DNA from: a virus
Lineage: Duplodnaviria; Caudoviricetes
Strand: one strand, 5' to 3'
Length of the DNA stretch: 27,564 nt
IMG/VR virus record: IMGVR_UViG_3300021514_000012
Coordinates: 1-27,564 of that record
Under the pieces are notes generated by a model, which saw only the letters and a program-made list of their open reading frames with translations, was not told the DNA's origin and made no database searches. Position numbers and translations under genes: made by a program. Positions 7,710 through 15,856 of this stretch are shown piece by piece (positions within the stretch are counted from its first letter, which is position 1; every line of letters starts with the position of its first letter).

Positions 7710-8134
7710 TGAACCGGGTCTGGGTATTAATTAACTCCCGGCAGCGTGAAGCCGTCCATAAAGCGATTGATGAACAACCGCTGGACGGCTCCATTCGCAT
7801 CACTATGGGTAAAAACAAAGTGAAGCGGTCGGATTCCCAGAACGCCCTGTACTGGATGTGGATTACTATTTTGGGTGATGAAATTGGTTACACCAAAAAA
7901 GAAATGCATGACGCTATGAGGGCTGAGTTGCTGGTAATGGAGAGCTATCGGGACCTTCAGGGCAATCTGCATGAGTGCCTGCCAAGCACATCAAAAATGA
8001 AGTTAGGTGATTTTGCTCAATACCTCAATGCCATCGAGCGCTGGGGTGCAGAGCAGGGTTATATCTTACCAAGACCGGAGGACCAATATTATGAAGCGAT
8101 GGGCTACTCCAGAGAAAAACCAAAGGAGAACTAA
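7709..8134 (+). CDS. ninB: NinB-family recombination accessory protein
   Basis: KRSDSQNALYWMW...STSKMKLGDFAQYLNAIERWGAEQG. Confidence 0.85.
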   Translation: MNRVWVLINSRQREAVHKAIDEQPLDGSIRITMGKNKVKRSDSQNALYWMWITILGDEIGYTKKEMHDAMRAELLVMESYRDLQGNLHECLPSTSKMKLGDFAQYLNAIERWGAEQGYILPRPEDQYYEAMGYSREKPKEN

Positions 8135-8135
8135 T

Positions 8136-8249
8136 ATGAAGGGCAAAAACAGCATGAGTGGTGGTGACCTAGCGAGGCTGGCAGCCATATTTATCGTGTG
8201 TTATGTGGTGGCTCAAGTGGTGGTTTTATTTTTACTGCAGGGCGACTGA
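8136..8249 (+). CDS. Small single-pass membrane protein
   Basis: AAGGAG RBS; LAAIFIVCYVVAQVVVLFLL. Confidence 0.6.
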   Translation: MKGKNSMSGGDLARLAAIFIVCYVVAQVVVLFLLQGD

Positions 8250-8252
8250 CAG

Positions 8253-8573
8253 ATGTTGAAACGAGAACCAATAAGACTTACAAAAATTACCCAGTCAGCG
8301 AGAGGTGAGTTTTGCACATTCCGTTTTGCTGGGTGTCGCAACGATATACCGACCGTGGTCTGGTGCCACTCAGAAGAGATGGAGGACGGCGGCGGTACCA
8401 GCACAAAGGCTGACGACATCTATGGCGCTTATGGTTGTCATCACTGCCACGACGTTTATGACCGACGTAAGAAGCCGATACACGAGATGTCAGAGAGTCT
8501 GAGGCGTGAAGTATTTCACAAAGCCATGAAGGAAAGCTGGCGACGACTATTCGATAAGGGGATTTTGTCATGA
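8253..8573 (+). CDS. DUF1364/YbcO-like nuclease-domain protein
   Basis: SARGEFCTFRFAGC...TVVWCH...K.DD..GAYGCHHCHDVYD. Confidence 0.8.
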   Translation: MLKREPIRLTKITQSARGEFCTFRFAGCRNDIPTVVWCHSEEMEDGGGTSTKADDIYGAYGCHHCHDVYDRRKKPIHEMSESLRREVFHKAMKESWRRLFDKGILS

Positions 8574-8830
8574 CTGGAAAAGACAGGATTAGCAATATGA
8601 GCTTAAAGGAAATAGGTAGCAATCTACGCAGACTTAGGGAGGTGGCTTGCTTATCACAGAGTAGAGTGTCAACGCTTATCCAAAAGAATAGAGGCACTTA
8701 CAGGCGGCTCGAGAAGGGCGAAGCGGTGCTCGATATTACCTCCATGGTCAAGCTTTGCTGGCTATATGGAGTTACCCCAAATGACATTCTTAAGTTTAAA
8801 ACTTTTTCTATTGAGGTGAAAACAGAATGA
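8570..8830 (+). CDS. XRE-family HTH regulator
   Basis: IGSNLRRLR...LSQ.......R.TY.RLEKG....I..M.KLC..YGVTPNDIL. Confidence 0.85.
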   Translation: MTGKDRISNMSLKEIGSNLRRLREVACLSQSRVSTLIQKNRGTYRRLEKGEAVLDITSMVKLCWLYGVTPNDILKFKTFSIEVKTE

Positions 8831-9066
8831 AAATGAATTTAGAAAAATGCCCTACATGTGGAGAACAGCTGGATGCAGCAACGCCGATTGATGGTGAGGC
8901 CACTCCCACTGAGGGGGACCTGTCGATATGCCTTTATTGTGGCGAAATAATGGAGTTTGCCGAGGGGATGAAATTAGTGAAGGCTGATATTGAATCCATT
9001 GTTACCGCTGACTTCATTGAATTACAGAAAGCACAGAAAATTGTCCGAGCATTTAAGGAACGATAA
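8827..9066 (+). CDS. Zn-ribbon hypothetical protein
   Basis: CPTC...GDLSICLYCG. Confidence 0.7.
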   Translation: MKMNLEKCPTCGEQLDAATPIDGEATPTEGDLSICLYCGEIMEFAEGMKLVKADIESIVTADFIELQKAQKIVRAFKER

Positions 9067-9069
9067 GTA

Positions 9070-9098
9070 TTGACTAGCTAGTTTAATTGTACTATCGT
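9070..9098 (+). promoter_or_regulatory. Early sigma70 promoter
   Basis: TTGACT-17 nt-TATCGT, followed by leader AGGAGAAGTCAGATG. Confidence 0.7.
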
Positions 9099-9138
9099 TA
9101 TTACGTAGTCAGATGAAATCACAAACAGGAGAAGTCAG

Positions 9139-9969
9139 ATGAACGTAATTAGCCCTAGAAATGAAGCCCCATTATCAAACGACCAGCTACTTAGTGTAGC
9201 GCCAGCTATATTCGCTGAAAACCCATACCAAGAAGTTTCGGACCGTTATGTGTTCGTACCAACCATCGACGTGGTTGATGCATTACGTGACAACGGCTGG
9301 TTCCCAATCAACGCAAGCCAGTCAAACTCAAGACGTGAGAATGGCCAGCTTGCTGCGAAGCACCAAATCCGGTTCCGTCATGAAACTGGCAAAGCAATCG
9401 AGGAAGTGAACGACGTTTCTCCAGAGGTTATTTTGTACAACAGTCATGACGCTGGTTCTTCATTCCAGTTACACGCTGGCTTGTATCGCAAAGTCTGTGC
9501 AAACGGTCTGGTTATTGCTGACCAAACTTTTGCCAGCATTAAAGCGGTCCACACTGGTGATGCGATTAGTGAAATCATCGAGGGTTCATTCGAGGTGATT
9601 AACGAAGCACCAAAGGTACTCGAGAAGGTGAAAGCGTTCCAGAGCATCCAGACAACCCCGGCAGAGCAGCTGTTATTGGCTGAGTCAGCCAGCTTGTTAC
9701 GCTGGAAGCAGGGTGAGGCACCGATTGAAGCTTCAAAGCTTTTGACTCCACGTCGCTACGGTGATGCTGAATTTAAAGACCTTTGGGTCCAGTTCAACAT
9801 TATTCAGGAGAACTTGGTCCGAGGTGGTATCCGTGGAATCAACGCCAACGGCAACCGGTTCAGCACCCGTGAAGTGAAAGCACCTCACCAGCAGATTGGC
9901 TTGAACAAAGCGCTCTGGGAGTTGGCTGAAGGCTTCGCAGCATTAAAGCAGCAGCAACACGCTGCATAA
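9139..9969 (+). CDS. DUF932/DUF945 family protein
   Basis: SDRYVFVPT...GWFP...KHQIRFR...PEVILYNSHDAGSSFQL.AGLYRKVCANGLV...LWVQFNIIQENL..GG...LNKALW. Confidence 0.9.
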   Translation: MNVISPRNEAPLSNDQLLSVAPAIFAENPYQEVSDRYVFVPTIDVVDALRDNGWFPINASQSNSRRENGQLAAKHQIRFRHETGKAIEEVNDVSPEVILYNSHDAGSSFQLHAGLYRKVCANGLVIADQTFASIKAVHTGDAISEIIEGSFEVINEAPKVLEKVKAFQSIQTTPAEQLLLAESASLLRWKQGEAPIEASKLLTPRRYGDAEFKDLWVQFNIIQENLVRGGIRGINANGNRFSTREVKAPHQQIGLNKALWELAEGFAALKQQQHAA

Positions 9970-9984
9970 CCAAGTAAGTGGCGA

Positions 9985-10017
9985 GAGTGCCGGGGTCGAA
10001 CCCGGCATTCGTGTTTT
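9985..10017. terminator. GC-rich hairpin, probable terminator or processing stem
   Basis: GAGTGCCGGG-GTCGAA-CCCGGCATTC followed by GTGTTTT. Confidence 0.5.
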
Positions 10018-10035
10018 AATCACTGGAGAAATAAA

Positions 10036-10218
10036 ATGAGTAACGAATTATTGTGGTGGGCATACCGACACACCAACGGAACCATCCAAGTGAAAAGATA
10101 TTTTGATGATGATTACAGACAGGACTGCGCTGAGTCGCCGTACGTTAAGAATTACACAACCCCATTCGGGGCTAGGTCCCGTGAAGAGGCGGTCAGCATT
10201 GCAGCTACTAAAGTATAA
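10036..10218 (+). CDS. Small phage hypothetical protein
   Basis: GGAG RBS; WWAYRHTNGTIQVKRYF...PF.A.SREEA. Confidence 0.7.
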   Translation: MSNELLWWAYRHTNGTIQVKRYFDDDYRQDCAESPYVKNYTTPFGARSREEAVSIAATKV

Positions 10219-10327
10219 CAACCCACACGCCGTCACGAATGCAGGCCAGCTCTGGGCTGTTACCATTGTCTCGCAGTAGCTTCATTAGAGCAGCTGCAGT
10301 CAGGTCATTTTTTAATACGTAAGCCAT
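10208..10327 (-). CDS. 39-aa minus-strand small protein (not in ORF track)
   Basis: AAAGGAGG RBS; MAYVLKNDLTAAALMKLLRDNGNSPELACIRDGVWVVIL; upstream TTGCAA-16 nt-TATGCT. Confidence 0.55.
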   Translation of the reverse strand: MAYVLKNDLTAAALMKLLRDNGNSPELACIRDGVWVVIL

Positions 10328-10415
10328 TGAGACGCCCTCCTTTGTGGGTTAAACTAGCCTTTACGAGCAAGCATAGTCTCAATCGTGCAAATTGCAACAC
10401 AGAAGAGGTCATTAA

Positions 10416-11192
10416 ATGTTCAAGCTAATAGCGGGTCCCTGCGTAATTGAGTCAGAAGAACTCTGTATGTCAGTAGCCACTCACATGAAAAAGATTGCAG
10501 ACCGCCTTGGTCTCGATTATTACTTTAAAGCCAGTTACGACAAAGCCAACCGCACCTCTGCAAGCAGCGTTCGTGGTCCGGGCCTACACGAAGGTGTCCG
10601 CATCCTCGAGAAGGTTAAGCGTGACATTGGTGTCAAAATCCTCACCGATGTCCATGATGTACGGCAAATGAACTGGGTGGCTGAGTCCACTATCGACGTC
10701 GTTCAAATTCCAGCATTACTATCTCGCCAGACTGACCTCATCCAAGCAGCAGCCAAGTCAGGCAAAATTGTGAACATCAAAAAAGGCCAGTTCATGAGCC
10801 CAGTTGATGCATTGATGGCTGTTACCAAAATTAACCCAAAAGAACCCGGCATGGTCTGGCTCACTGAGCGTGGTACCACTTTCGGTTATAACAATCTGGT
10901 TGTGGATATGCGCTCACTAGAATCCATGAAGAGTGAAATGATTCCAATTATCTTTGACGCTACTCACTCTGTGCAACATCCCGGTGGCCATGGTAGCCGT
11001 TCATCTGGTGACAGACGGTTCGTCGAGCCATTGGCCCGTGCAGCCGTTGCTGTTGGTGTTGATGGTCTATTCTTTGAGACACACCCAAGCCCGGACATCG
11101 CTTTATGTGATGGACCCAACATGGTGCCACTGGACAAGATGGAACCTATGCTCGAGCGATTAATGAAAATTCACGAGGCAGCGAATGACTAA
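10416..11192 (+). CDS. kdsA: 3-deoxy-D-manno-octulosonate 8-phosphate (Kdo8P) synthase
   Basis: LIAGPCVIES, FKASYDKANRTS, QIPALLSRQTDL, NIKKGQF, ERGTTFGYNNLVVDMR, FDATHSVQ, LFFETHP.P..ALCDG. Confidence 0.95.
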   Translation: MFKLIAGPCVIESEELCMSVATHMKKIADRLGLDYYFKASYDKANRTSASSVRGPGLHEGVRILEKVKRDIGVKILTDVHDVRQMNWVAESTIDVVQIPALLSRQTDLIQAAAKSGKIVNIKKGQFMSPVDALMAVTKINPKEPGMVWLTERGTTFGYNNLVVDMRSLESMKSEMIPIIFDATHSVQHPGGHGSRSSGDRRFVEPLARAAVAVGVDGLFFETHPSPDIALCDGPNMVPLDKMEPMLERLMKIHEAAND

Positions 11193-11385
11193 AACAAATT
11201 ACAGCGCACCCCCGGCAATAATAGCAGCGTGGAGAGAGCAGGCTCGCCAAGCAGAGCCGAGAATGAAGTTTATTAGTAAGTGGTTGGCTTTTGACAAGAT
11301 TCGCAGACAGCCATTTTTTGGTGAACATAAGCCAAGAGACGTGAATAGAGTTTACATTGGTATAGATTGGGCCAAAAAAGCATGA
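11185..11385 (+). CDS. Hypothetical protein
   Basis: Overlaps both flanking genes by a few bases. Confidence 0.55.
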   Translation: MTKTNYSAPPAIIAAWREQARQAEPRMKFISKWLAFDKIRRQPFFGEHKPRDVNRVYIGIDWAKKA

Positions 11386-11981
11386 ATAATATTTTCAGCC
11401 ACCACCTCCATGTATGTCAGGACGTTATGCGCACTGGCATTTACGCAATGAGCCCACTTGAAATTGATGCAGCCATCGAACTGGTGCGAAGGTTCGACCG
11501 GGTGATTATCTGCTCAATGGGGAAACCTGCCTTCGCCGTAGCCAAAACCGTGTACACCGCTCGAAGCTTCGGACTTGACTGGCATGAGCTTGATGCCACT
11601 CACGCTTTTCATGGTGATATGGGTGTCATTAAACAGTTCGACCTCGTTATTATTGTATCGAAGTCTGGCGAAACTAAAGAAACAACCGAGGTGGCTAAAG
11701 CCTTATTTAGCGAGGGCCATGTCACACTGGCCATCACTTCAGACCCGGATAGCGAATTACCAAAGTGGTGTACTCACAAACTAATCGTTCCGGTAATGGA
11801 AGAAGCATCCCCGTTTGGCTATGCACCAATGGCATCCACCACCCTGTACATGATGGTCCTGCACGCATTATTGTGTGAGGCTATCGACGCTCAGGGTTGC
11901 ACCATCGAGCAATATTCCAAGAACCACACGTCCGGTGCTATCGGACAATCACTGGCTGAGGCCGTAAAGGAGAAAGCATGA
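11382..11981 (+). CDS. kdsD: SIS-domain arabinose-5-phosphate isomerase (KdsD/KpsF/GutQ-like, no CBS domains)
   Basis: MGKP...K..T..SFG, AFHGDMG, SKSGETKE, EEASPFGYAPMASTT, H.SGAIG; ends after the SIS domain. Confidence 0.8.
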   Translation: MNNIFSHHLHVCQDVMRTGIYAMSPLEIDAAIELVRRFDRVIICSMGKPAFAVAKTVYTARSFGLDWHELDATHAFHGDMGVIKQFDLVIIVSKSGETKETTEVAKALFSEGHVTLAITSDPDSELPKWCTHKLIVPVMEEASPFGYAPMASTTLYMMVLHALLCEAIDAQGCTIEQYSKNHTSGAIGQSLAEAVKEKA

Positions 11982-12136
11982 ACCAATACACACCAATAAC
12001 AATCTACCCAAATGAAGACGGTTATACCGTTGTAACCCGTGAACCAACAGAGACCGGACTACGTGAAGTCTCAGACACCTTTGCTGATTATGATAGTATG
12101 GATAAACACCTTAGAAAAACCTTCGGGGAATACTAA
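11978..12136 (+). CDS. 52-aa hypothetical protein (not in ORF track)
   Basis: AAGGAG RBS, ATGA overlap; MNQYTPITIYPNEDGYTVV... Confidence 0.6.
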   Translation: MNQYTPITIYPNEDGYTVVTREPTETGLREVSDTFADYDSMDKHLRKTFGEY

Positions 12137-12139
12137 GAA

Positions 12140-12152
12140 AATCAACAACTTA
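12140..12152 (+). promoter_or_regulatory. IHF-consensus site upstream of terS
   Basis: AATCAACAACTTA fits WATCAANNNNTTR. Confidence 0.55.
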
Positions 12153-12165
12153 GAGGTTAAACGCT

Positions 12166-12504
12166 ATGGGTGCAAAAGCAAAGGGTGATTACGCACCTAC
12201 AATGCGTCGAGCCCTGTTTCAAGGACTCAGGATTGCTGCAATCAAGCAAGGGTTAACGCTGCCTGAGATGACTGCCCTTTGGTGGGAAGAAGACTGGAAG
12301 AAAGCCGCCGATGTTATGACTAAATTCTTACCCAGAGAACATACGATTGCAGGCAAAGTGAAACATGAACATACCCATGAACTTGTACCCCAGACTCTTA
12401 TCTTCATTGAAGGAGTGCTCGGAGAGGGAGCGGACGACGCACTTAAGATGGTTGGCCCGGAACGACCTGTACTTCCTGTTGCGTTACCTGTTGAACAGAC
12501 CTGA
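12166..12504 (+). CDS. Putative terminase small subunit
   Basis: Position before terL, GAGGT RBS, helical core followed by KFLPRE.TI.G.V.H.H beta-strand-like tail. Confidence 0.6.
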   Translation: MGAKAKGDYAPTMRRALFQGLRIAAIKQGLTLPEMTALWWEEDWKKAADVMTKFLPREHTIAGKVKHEHTHELVPQTLIFIEGVLGEGADDALKMVGPERPVLPVALPVEQT

Positions 12505-13924
12505 TGTCGAAGACCCATGGCTATTCGCTCGTTGCCGTGAAGTACAGGCGCACCCCAACGGATACCTCGACCTCTGGGCCCGAGAACATTACAAATCGAC
12601 AATCATCACATTTGCCCTCACTATCCAAGATATACTCGCATCACATGGTGAGGACCCACTGCCTTGGTGGGGAGGTCGGGAAGCAACTATTGGCATATTC
12701 AGTTTCAACCGTGGTATAGCCCTAGGCTTCCTCAGTCAAATCAAATCAGAGCTAGAAGACAATGCAATACTCAAGCACTTATTCCCGGACATTCTGTTTG
12801 CCAGTGAGGCGGATGCAAAGAAAAGCTCCAAGTCATGGTCAGAGATGGGCGGCATTGTCGTTAAGCGTGAAGGGAATCCCAAGGAAGCCACTGTGGAAGG
12901 TTGGGGACTGGTCGACTCCATGCCAACAGGGCGTCACTTTTTCGGTCGAATATACGATGACATCATCACTGAGCGCTTCGCCCGTACACCGGAGATGATT
13001 GCCAAGTCCACTGAGTCATGGGAGTTATCCCTGAACTTGGGTGCCCGGGGAGGATATGAGCGTTATATTGGCACCCGGTACAATTACAATGATTCATACC
13101 GCACCATCATGAAACGTGATGCGGCAATACAACGTATCTACCCGGCAACACTCAACGGCAAGGTGGATGGTGAGCCAGCATTCCTGACACGTAAGGAACT
13201 GGACGACAAGCGCAGAAAGATGGGGCCATACATATTCGGGTGTCAAATGTTACAAGACCCTAAAGCTGATGAAGTCCAAGGTTTCAAGAAGGACTGGCTG
13301 CTGTACTACGAGGCAGATAACTTCCGTGGAATGAACTTCTACATCCTTGTTGACCCAGCTTCAGAGAAGAAGAAGACGTCTGACTTCACTGCCATGGTGG
13401 TGATTGGGCTGTCTTCAGATGGTAATTACTACCTCGTAGACGCTGTCAGGGACCGCCTGAACCTCACGGAACGCACCAAGAACCTTATGAGGCTGCACCG
13501 CAAATGGAGGCAGCATGGCCCTGTAAAGCAGGTCGGATACGAGAAATACGGCAAGGACTCAGACATTGAGCACATTGAGTCAGTCCAGAAAGACGAGAAC
13601 TACCGCTTCATCATCACCCCGCTGGGTGGTTCCATGGCAAAGAATGACCGTATCCGTCGACTTATCCCTATCTTTGAGAGTGGTAAGTTCTACCTACCTA
13701 AAGCCCTGTACGCTACTGACTACACCGGCAAAGAGATTGACCTTGTTGAACAGTTCATTAATGATGAGTTCGACCCGTTCCCGGTTGGTGTCCATGACGA
13801 TATGCTTGATGACATTGCACGAATACTCGATGAAGATATAATCCTTGTGTGGCCCAAAGCTCCATTGGAGGCCAAAGACAGGTATCAACCAAAACCAAGA
13901 GCCAGAAGCTGGGTCACGAGGTAA
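12365..13924 (+). CDS. terL: Terminase large subunit
   Basis: Walker A-like AREHYKST, TGRHF...IYDD Walker B, IGTRY, nuclease ILVDPA...SDFTA...HDDMLD. Confidence 0.92.
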   Translation: MNIPMNLYPRLLSSLKECSERERTTHLRWLARNDLYFLLRYLLNRPDVEDPWLFARCREVQAHPNGYLDLWAREHYKSTIITFALTIQDILASHGEDPLPWWGGREATIGIFSFNRGIALGFLSQIKSELEDNAILKHLFPDILFASEADAKKSSKSWSEMGGIVVKREGNPKEATVEGWGLVDSMPTGRHFFGRIYDDIITERFARTPEMIAKSTESWELSLNLGARGGYERYIGTRYNYNDSYRTIMKRDAAIQRIYPATLNGKVDGEPAFLTRKELDDKRRKMGPYIFGCQMLQDPKADEVQGFKKDWLLYYEADNFRGMNFYILVDPASEKKKTSDFTAMVVIGLSSDGNYYLVDAVRDRLNLTERTKNLMRLHRKWRQHGPVKQVGYEKYGKDSDIEHIESVQKDENYRFIITPLGGSMAKNDRIRRLIPIFESGKFYLPKALYATDYTGKEIDLVEQFINDEFDPFPVGVHDDMLDDIARILDEDIILVWPKAPLEAKDRYQPKPRARSWVTR

Positions 13925-13929
13925 TTACA

Positions 13930-15831
13930 ATGAGCGAAGAAGAATCATTATCAGGTGATGTCGTAGAGACACCGTTCACCAAGCTGGCCAAGCGCCGGTA
14001 CACAGATGCAAAGAACCATGCGTCGAAATGGAAGGACGAGGCTCGTATCTGTTATGACATGGTAGCCGGGCATCAACTTACCACTGAAGAACGTGCTGCA
14101 TTAGAAGAAGCCATTCGACCCGCCATCGTATTCAACCGGATTGACCCGGTAATCTCATCCGTAACCGGACACCAAATCAACAACCGACAAGAAGTACGCT
14201 ACATCCCCCGGGAACTGGGCGACATCAAAGTGTCTGAGATATACACCTCAGCTGCATCATGGGTTGACGATGAGTCCGATGCTAATGATGAAGTCAGTGA
14301 TGCATTCTGGGACTTGGTTGTGGTTGGCATGGGTTGGACCGAGACACGCATTAGTTACGACGAGGACCCTGAAGGTAAAATCTACGGGGCTGAACGTGTA
14401 CCACCACTCGAGATGAGCTGGGACCCGAGTGCAAGAAAGCGCAACCTTGCTGATGCTCGTTATCTTTTCAGGGGTAGTTGGTATAACCGCAAAGATGCTG
14501 AAGCCAAGTGGTCCAAACTCAAAGATATTGACTTAACTGACTCAGATATGTGGGCTGATATGCGTGATGATGACGCAGAGCATGAAGCTGACCAAGCGTG
14601 GAAATATGAGAATGACCAGTCAATGTGGTTCAAGAAAGAAGAGGACGAGGTCTTCATTCTGCATTACCAATACTGGGAACTTGAAGCGGTTCACTTAGTG
14701 GGTGACCCTCAGTCTGGTCGTATGGTTGAGTTCGATGAGAAGCGGTACCGACGTCTGGCTCAACGTATCAAGGAGACCGGCTTACCTCATATCAAACAGA
14801 TGCGCCGTAAGTATAAGCAAGCCTTCTTAATCGGTGACATTGAACTCGAGAAGAGTGATTGTCCTTGTGACCATAGCTTCACACTACGTTCAATGACCGG
14901 TAAGCGTGATGAAAATAAGCATCACTGGTATGGATTAGTCCGCCCAATGATTGACCCACAAAAATGGTCGAATAAGTTCTTTGCTGAGATTCAGGACATC
15001 ATGAGCAACAACCGTGTAGGCGGTGCCTTCATTGAGGAGTCAGCATTGACTGACCCACGTAAGGCAGAAGAAATCTGGAATGACCCTAACCCACTTATCA
15101 TTGTGGCTGATGGTGCTCTGGCTAAAGGTGCCATTCAGGAACGTAACCCAATTCAGTACCCGGCTGGCATTGACCGCATGATGGAGTTTGCTGTTGGCTC
15201 AATTCCACAGGTGACTGGCATTAATCAGGAAATGATGGGTCTGGTGGACAGAAACCAACCCGGTGTTGTTGAGTCTACCCGTCGTAGAGCTGGCATGACG
15301 ATACTTGCTGGCTTGTTCGACTCATTACGTCGGTATCATAAAGAACGTGGCAGAGTGCTGCTGTACTTCATTGATGAGTACATCTCCGATGGCCGACTTA
15401 TCCGTGTTATTGGTGAGGATGGTAAAGAGCGTTATGTGCCGTTAGAGAAGCGAAAAGGGAAACAGAAATATGACATCATCGTCTCAGATGCACCAACGTC
15501 ACCTAACCAGAAAGAAGAAACCTTCGCAATCCTCAGCCAGATTGTTCCAATGGCCATCCAAATGGGCATCCCGCTACCTCCAGAGGTACTGGACCACATG
15601 CCATTGCCAAGTTCATTGGTCGAGAAGTGGAAGAAAATGCTCGAAGACTCCCGTAATAACCCGGCAATTAAGAAAGCCGAGCAGTTAGATTCACAACTTA
15701 AAGAAGCCGTGGTCATGAAGGACAAGTCAATCACAATCCTTAACCAAGCAAAAGCAGTCGTCGAGAAGATGGAAGCCAAGTTGATGGTGTTTGAACAAGC
15801 AAGTAAGATGGCTGAACGCGGCGATAAATAG
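13930..15831 (+). CDS. Portal protein, P22-like
   Basis: Follows terL; GHQ...RPAIVFNRI...G.GW, YGLVRPMIDPQKWSNK, VTGINQEMMG, KYDIIV; coiled-coil C-terminus. Confidence 0.88.
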   Translation: MSEEESLSGDVVETPFTKLAKRRYTDAKNHASKWKDEARICYDMVAGHQLTTEERAALEEAIRPAIVFNRIDPVISSVTGHQINNRQEVRYIPRELGDIKVSEIYTSAASWVDDESDANDEVSDAFWDLVVVGMGWTETRISYDEDPEGKIYGAERVPPLEMSWDPSARKRNLADARYLFRGSWYNRKDAEAKWSKLKDIDLTDSDMWADMRDDDAEHEADQAWKYENDQSMWFKKEEDEVFILHYQYWELEAVHLVGDPQSGRMVEFDEKRYRRLAQRIKETGLPHIKQMRRKYKQAFLIGDIELEKSDCPCDHSFTLRSMTGKRDENKHHWYGLVRPMIDPQKWSNKFFAEIQDIMSNNRVGGAFIEESALTDPRKAEEIWNDPNPLIIVADGALAKGAIQERNPIQYPAGIDRMMEFAVGSIPQVTGINQEMMGLVDRNQPGVVESTRRRAGMTILAGLFDSLRRYHKERGRVLLYFIDEYISDGRLIRVIGEDGKERYVPLEKRKGKQKYDIIVSDAPTSPNQKEETFAILSQIVPMAIQMGIPLPPEVLDHMPLPSSLVEKWKKMLEDSRNNPAIKKAEQLDSQLKEAVVMKDKSITILNQAKAVVEKMEAKLMVFEQASKMAERGDK

Positions 15832-15856
15832 CAACTAAACGAGAGGAACAAATGTC

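Noticed and set aside
9979-10010. tRNA 3'-end-like string on the minus strand (CCGGG-TTCGAC-CCCGG-CACTCTC-G-CCA)
   Set aside because: T-loop has 6 nt instead of 7, no matching 5' acceptor strand or D/anticodon arms, and no integrase to support an attP role
11382-11981. SIS protein as part of a DNA arabinosylation pathway
   Set aside because: Adjacent kdsA explains A5P use, and no nucleotide-modifying enzymes or phage polymerase are visible; not fully excluded
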